Source: Bacteroidales bacterium (GTDB lineage: Bacteria; Bacteroidota; Bacteroidia; Bacteroidales; WCHB1-69). From it: a stretch of DNA of 64,000 nt. The first letter of the stretch is position 1. Each line of letters begins with the position of its first letter. The DNA is taken from the NCBI GenBank assembly GCA_017438945.1, contig JAFRUI010000018.1, forward strand, positions 16,049-80,048, in the 5' to 3' direction. Of this stretch, positions 62,280 through 64,000 are shown piece by piece. The position numbers and the translations under genes are program-made. The notes below the pieces were generated by a model. That model saw only the letters and a program-made list of their open reading frames with translations, did no database searches and was not told the DNA's origin.

Positions 62280-63245
62280 TCAATAAATACCCTCCTTGAT
62301 GATGTCGTGAATATGAATCACGCCCAAATACTGGTTATCATCGTTCACCACAAAGATGTTGGTGATCTGATGATCTTTCATCATCTGCAACGCATCCACG
62401 GCGAGGGTGTTCTCATGGATGGTTTTAGGTTTCCGGGTCATAATGTCGGCTGCTTTGAGCGACATGATTTCCTGATGATGTTGGATGGCTCGGCGCAAAT
62501 CACCGTCTGTGATCGCACCGACCACCTTACCATCTTCGACGACTGCCGTCACGCCCAAACGCTTGCCGGAGATTTCCAAAATAACCTCCTGCATGTTGGC
62601 ATCCTCTTTTACTGAAGGCACCTCGTTCATTTTGTAGAGGTCATCGACTTTCAGTCGGGTTCTTCTTCCGAGGATTCCACCGGGATGCACTTTCGCGAAG
62701 TCTTCCGTCGTGAAACCGCGCATCTTGATAAGCGTTGAAGCGAGGGCGTCGCCTATGGCCAACTGAGCCATCGCGCTGCTGGTCGGAGCCAGGTTGTTGG
62801 GGCTTGCCTCGCGCGACACCGTGCAGTTCAGCACGTAGTGCGCTTCCTTAGCCAGAAGGGACTCCATGGAGCCAACAATGGCGATGAGGATGTTCCCATT
62901 AGCCTTCAAAAACGGTATCAAGACGGAAATCTCCGGCGTGTTCCCGCTTTTGGAGAGGCAGACCACAATGTCATCTTTCTGGATGATTCCCAGATCACCG
63001 TGGACGGCGTCGGCGGCGTGCATGAACACGGCCGGCGTTCCTGTCGAGTTGAACGTACCGACAATCTTCTGACCGATGATAGCGCTCTTCCCGATGCCCG
63101 TCACAATGACTCGACCTTTGCACTTGATAATCTCCTGAACGGCTTTCACAAAATTTTCATCTAAATAACCGGTGAGTTTTGACACTGCATCGGCCTCTTC
63201 CTGCAACACTTTCGTGGCATATTGGATTATTTCTTGTGGTTCCAT
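62280..63245 (-). CDS. kdsD: KpsF/GutQ-family arabinose-5-phosphate isomerase (SIS + 2 CBS)
   Basis: 321 aa from the ATG at 63245. Contains ..GRVIVTGIGKSAIIGQK.., ..VCLSKSGNTPE.. and CBS pairs at the C-terminus. Confidence 0.9.
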   Translation of the reverse strand: MEPQEIIQYATKVLQEEADAVSKLTGYLDENFVKAVQEIIKCKGRVIVTGIGKSAIIGQKIVGTFNSTGTPAVFMHAADAVHGDLGIIQKDDIVVCLSKSGNTPEISVLIPFLKANGNILIAIVGSMESLLAKEAHYVLNCTVSREASPNNLAPTSSAMAQLAIGDALASTLIKMRGFTTEDFAKVHPGGILGRRTRLKVDDLYKMNEVPSVKEDANMQEVILEISGKRLGVTAVVEDGKVVGAITDGDLRRAIQHHQEIMSLKAADIMTRKPKTIHENTLAVDALQMMKDHQITNIFVVNDDNQYLGVIHIHDIIKEGIY

Positions 63246-64000
63246 TCTACAAAGATGCTCTTGTTGCCTTTTTGCTTCTATCAAAGAACGAAATCTTGCA
63301 TACTTCCTTCTCAGAATCGAAGTATCCGAAAAATAATGCTTGAAATCCGATTCACTCAGTGTTTCCAAGTCATCATTTTTGAGCGGCAAAAATAAGGATT
63401 TTTTTGATACGTTCAACGGGTTTGCAATTTTTTTCTTATTCCAGGGGCAAACTTCCTGACAGATGTCACAGCCAAACGTATATTTCTGCAACGCCAACTC
63501 ATTGTAATTCGGACATTTGTCCTCAGTATTATGATAAGATATGCACCTCCTCGCATCCACTTGGAATGGGATTTCCAAGGCGTTCACAGGACAACTTTTC
63601 ACACAGATTTCACAACTCCCGCAATCCGATTTTGGAAAAGATTTGTCATAAATGTCGCAAAACTGATCCACCAAAAGGACTCCTATGACAAAAAAAGAGC
63701 CATGTTGATTATGGATCAATCCATTCTTGCCCATACGCCCCACACCCGCCTCCATCGCCCAGCGTTTTTCAGAAATAGCGGAGCTGTCAACCGTTGTCCT
63801 GTATTTAACTGTCGGATAATCTTTTAAAATATCTTCAGCCAACTGTTCCAAAAGATTCTTCACGAGGATATGATAATCTTGAATCCAAGTGTAGCGGGCC
63901 GTATGATATTTGTCGGATTCCGGTTCCGAATCCGTCAAATAATTGTATGTCACCACAACAACCGACTTGCAATTTGGAAGCAGCGACTCGGGATTGAAAC
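63246..64000 (-). CDS. queG: epoxyqueuosine reductase, N-terminus outside window; reading frame continues into kdsD without a stop
   Basis: Contains CGSCEICVKSCPVNAL and FGCDICQEVCPWNK. The frame is open to the window edge (..FNPESLLPNCKSVVVVTYNY..). Confidence 0.85.

Overview
This 64-kb chromosomal segment reads as Bacteroidota, probably Bacteroidales and Prevotella-like (the genus is inference). It holds about 50 protein-coding genes, 3 tRNAs, one decayed IS5-family element, a REP/RAYT locus, and an unusual density of 7-8-bp tandem-repeat arrays in the intergenic spacers. The taxon call rests on three things seen in the sequence: TAnnTTTG -7 promoter boxes about 10-190 nt (mostly 15-65 nt) upstream of about 20 predicted starts, three T9SS C-terminal sorting domains, and CarboxypepD_reg/TonB-dependent receptors. 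Recognisable housekeeping genes are prs, recF, prfB (with the classic +1 frameshift site), ribBA, lepA, rnfB-rnfC, ftsY, ispH, rsmI, kdsD, queG and tcdA. The accessory stretch runs from about 26.9 to 37.1 kb. It contains a Y1/RAYT transposase embedded in REP hairpin arrays. It contains an eight-gene minus-strand cluster (28.1-33.3 kb) encoding a TerB-like/zinc-ribbon membrane protein, an SPFH(Band_7_1)-GYF protein, a second GYF protein, a 4-TM protein, a PD-(D/E)xK-like protein and three orphan small proteins. It contains a ~1.9-kb almost non-coding hub (33.3-35.1 kb) with 33-bp-phased direct repeats, a nested ~190-bp palindrome, recurring 8-13-nt motifs and one small HTH gene. It also contains an Rpn-family nuclease gene. 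The eight-gene cluster together with its cis-element hub is my top candidate for an undescribed system, possibly membrane-integrity surveillance or defence. All domain calls come from motif recognition by eye. No database searches were run, and ORF-track starts that use TTG/GTG were re-set to downstream ATGs where a promoter box or signal peptide argued for it.
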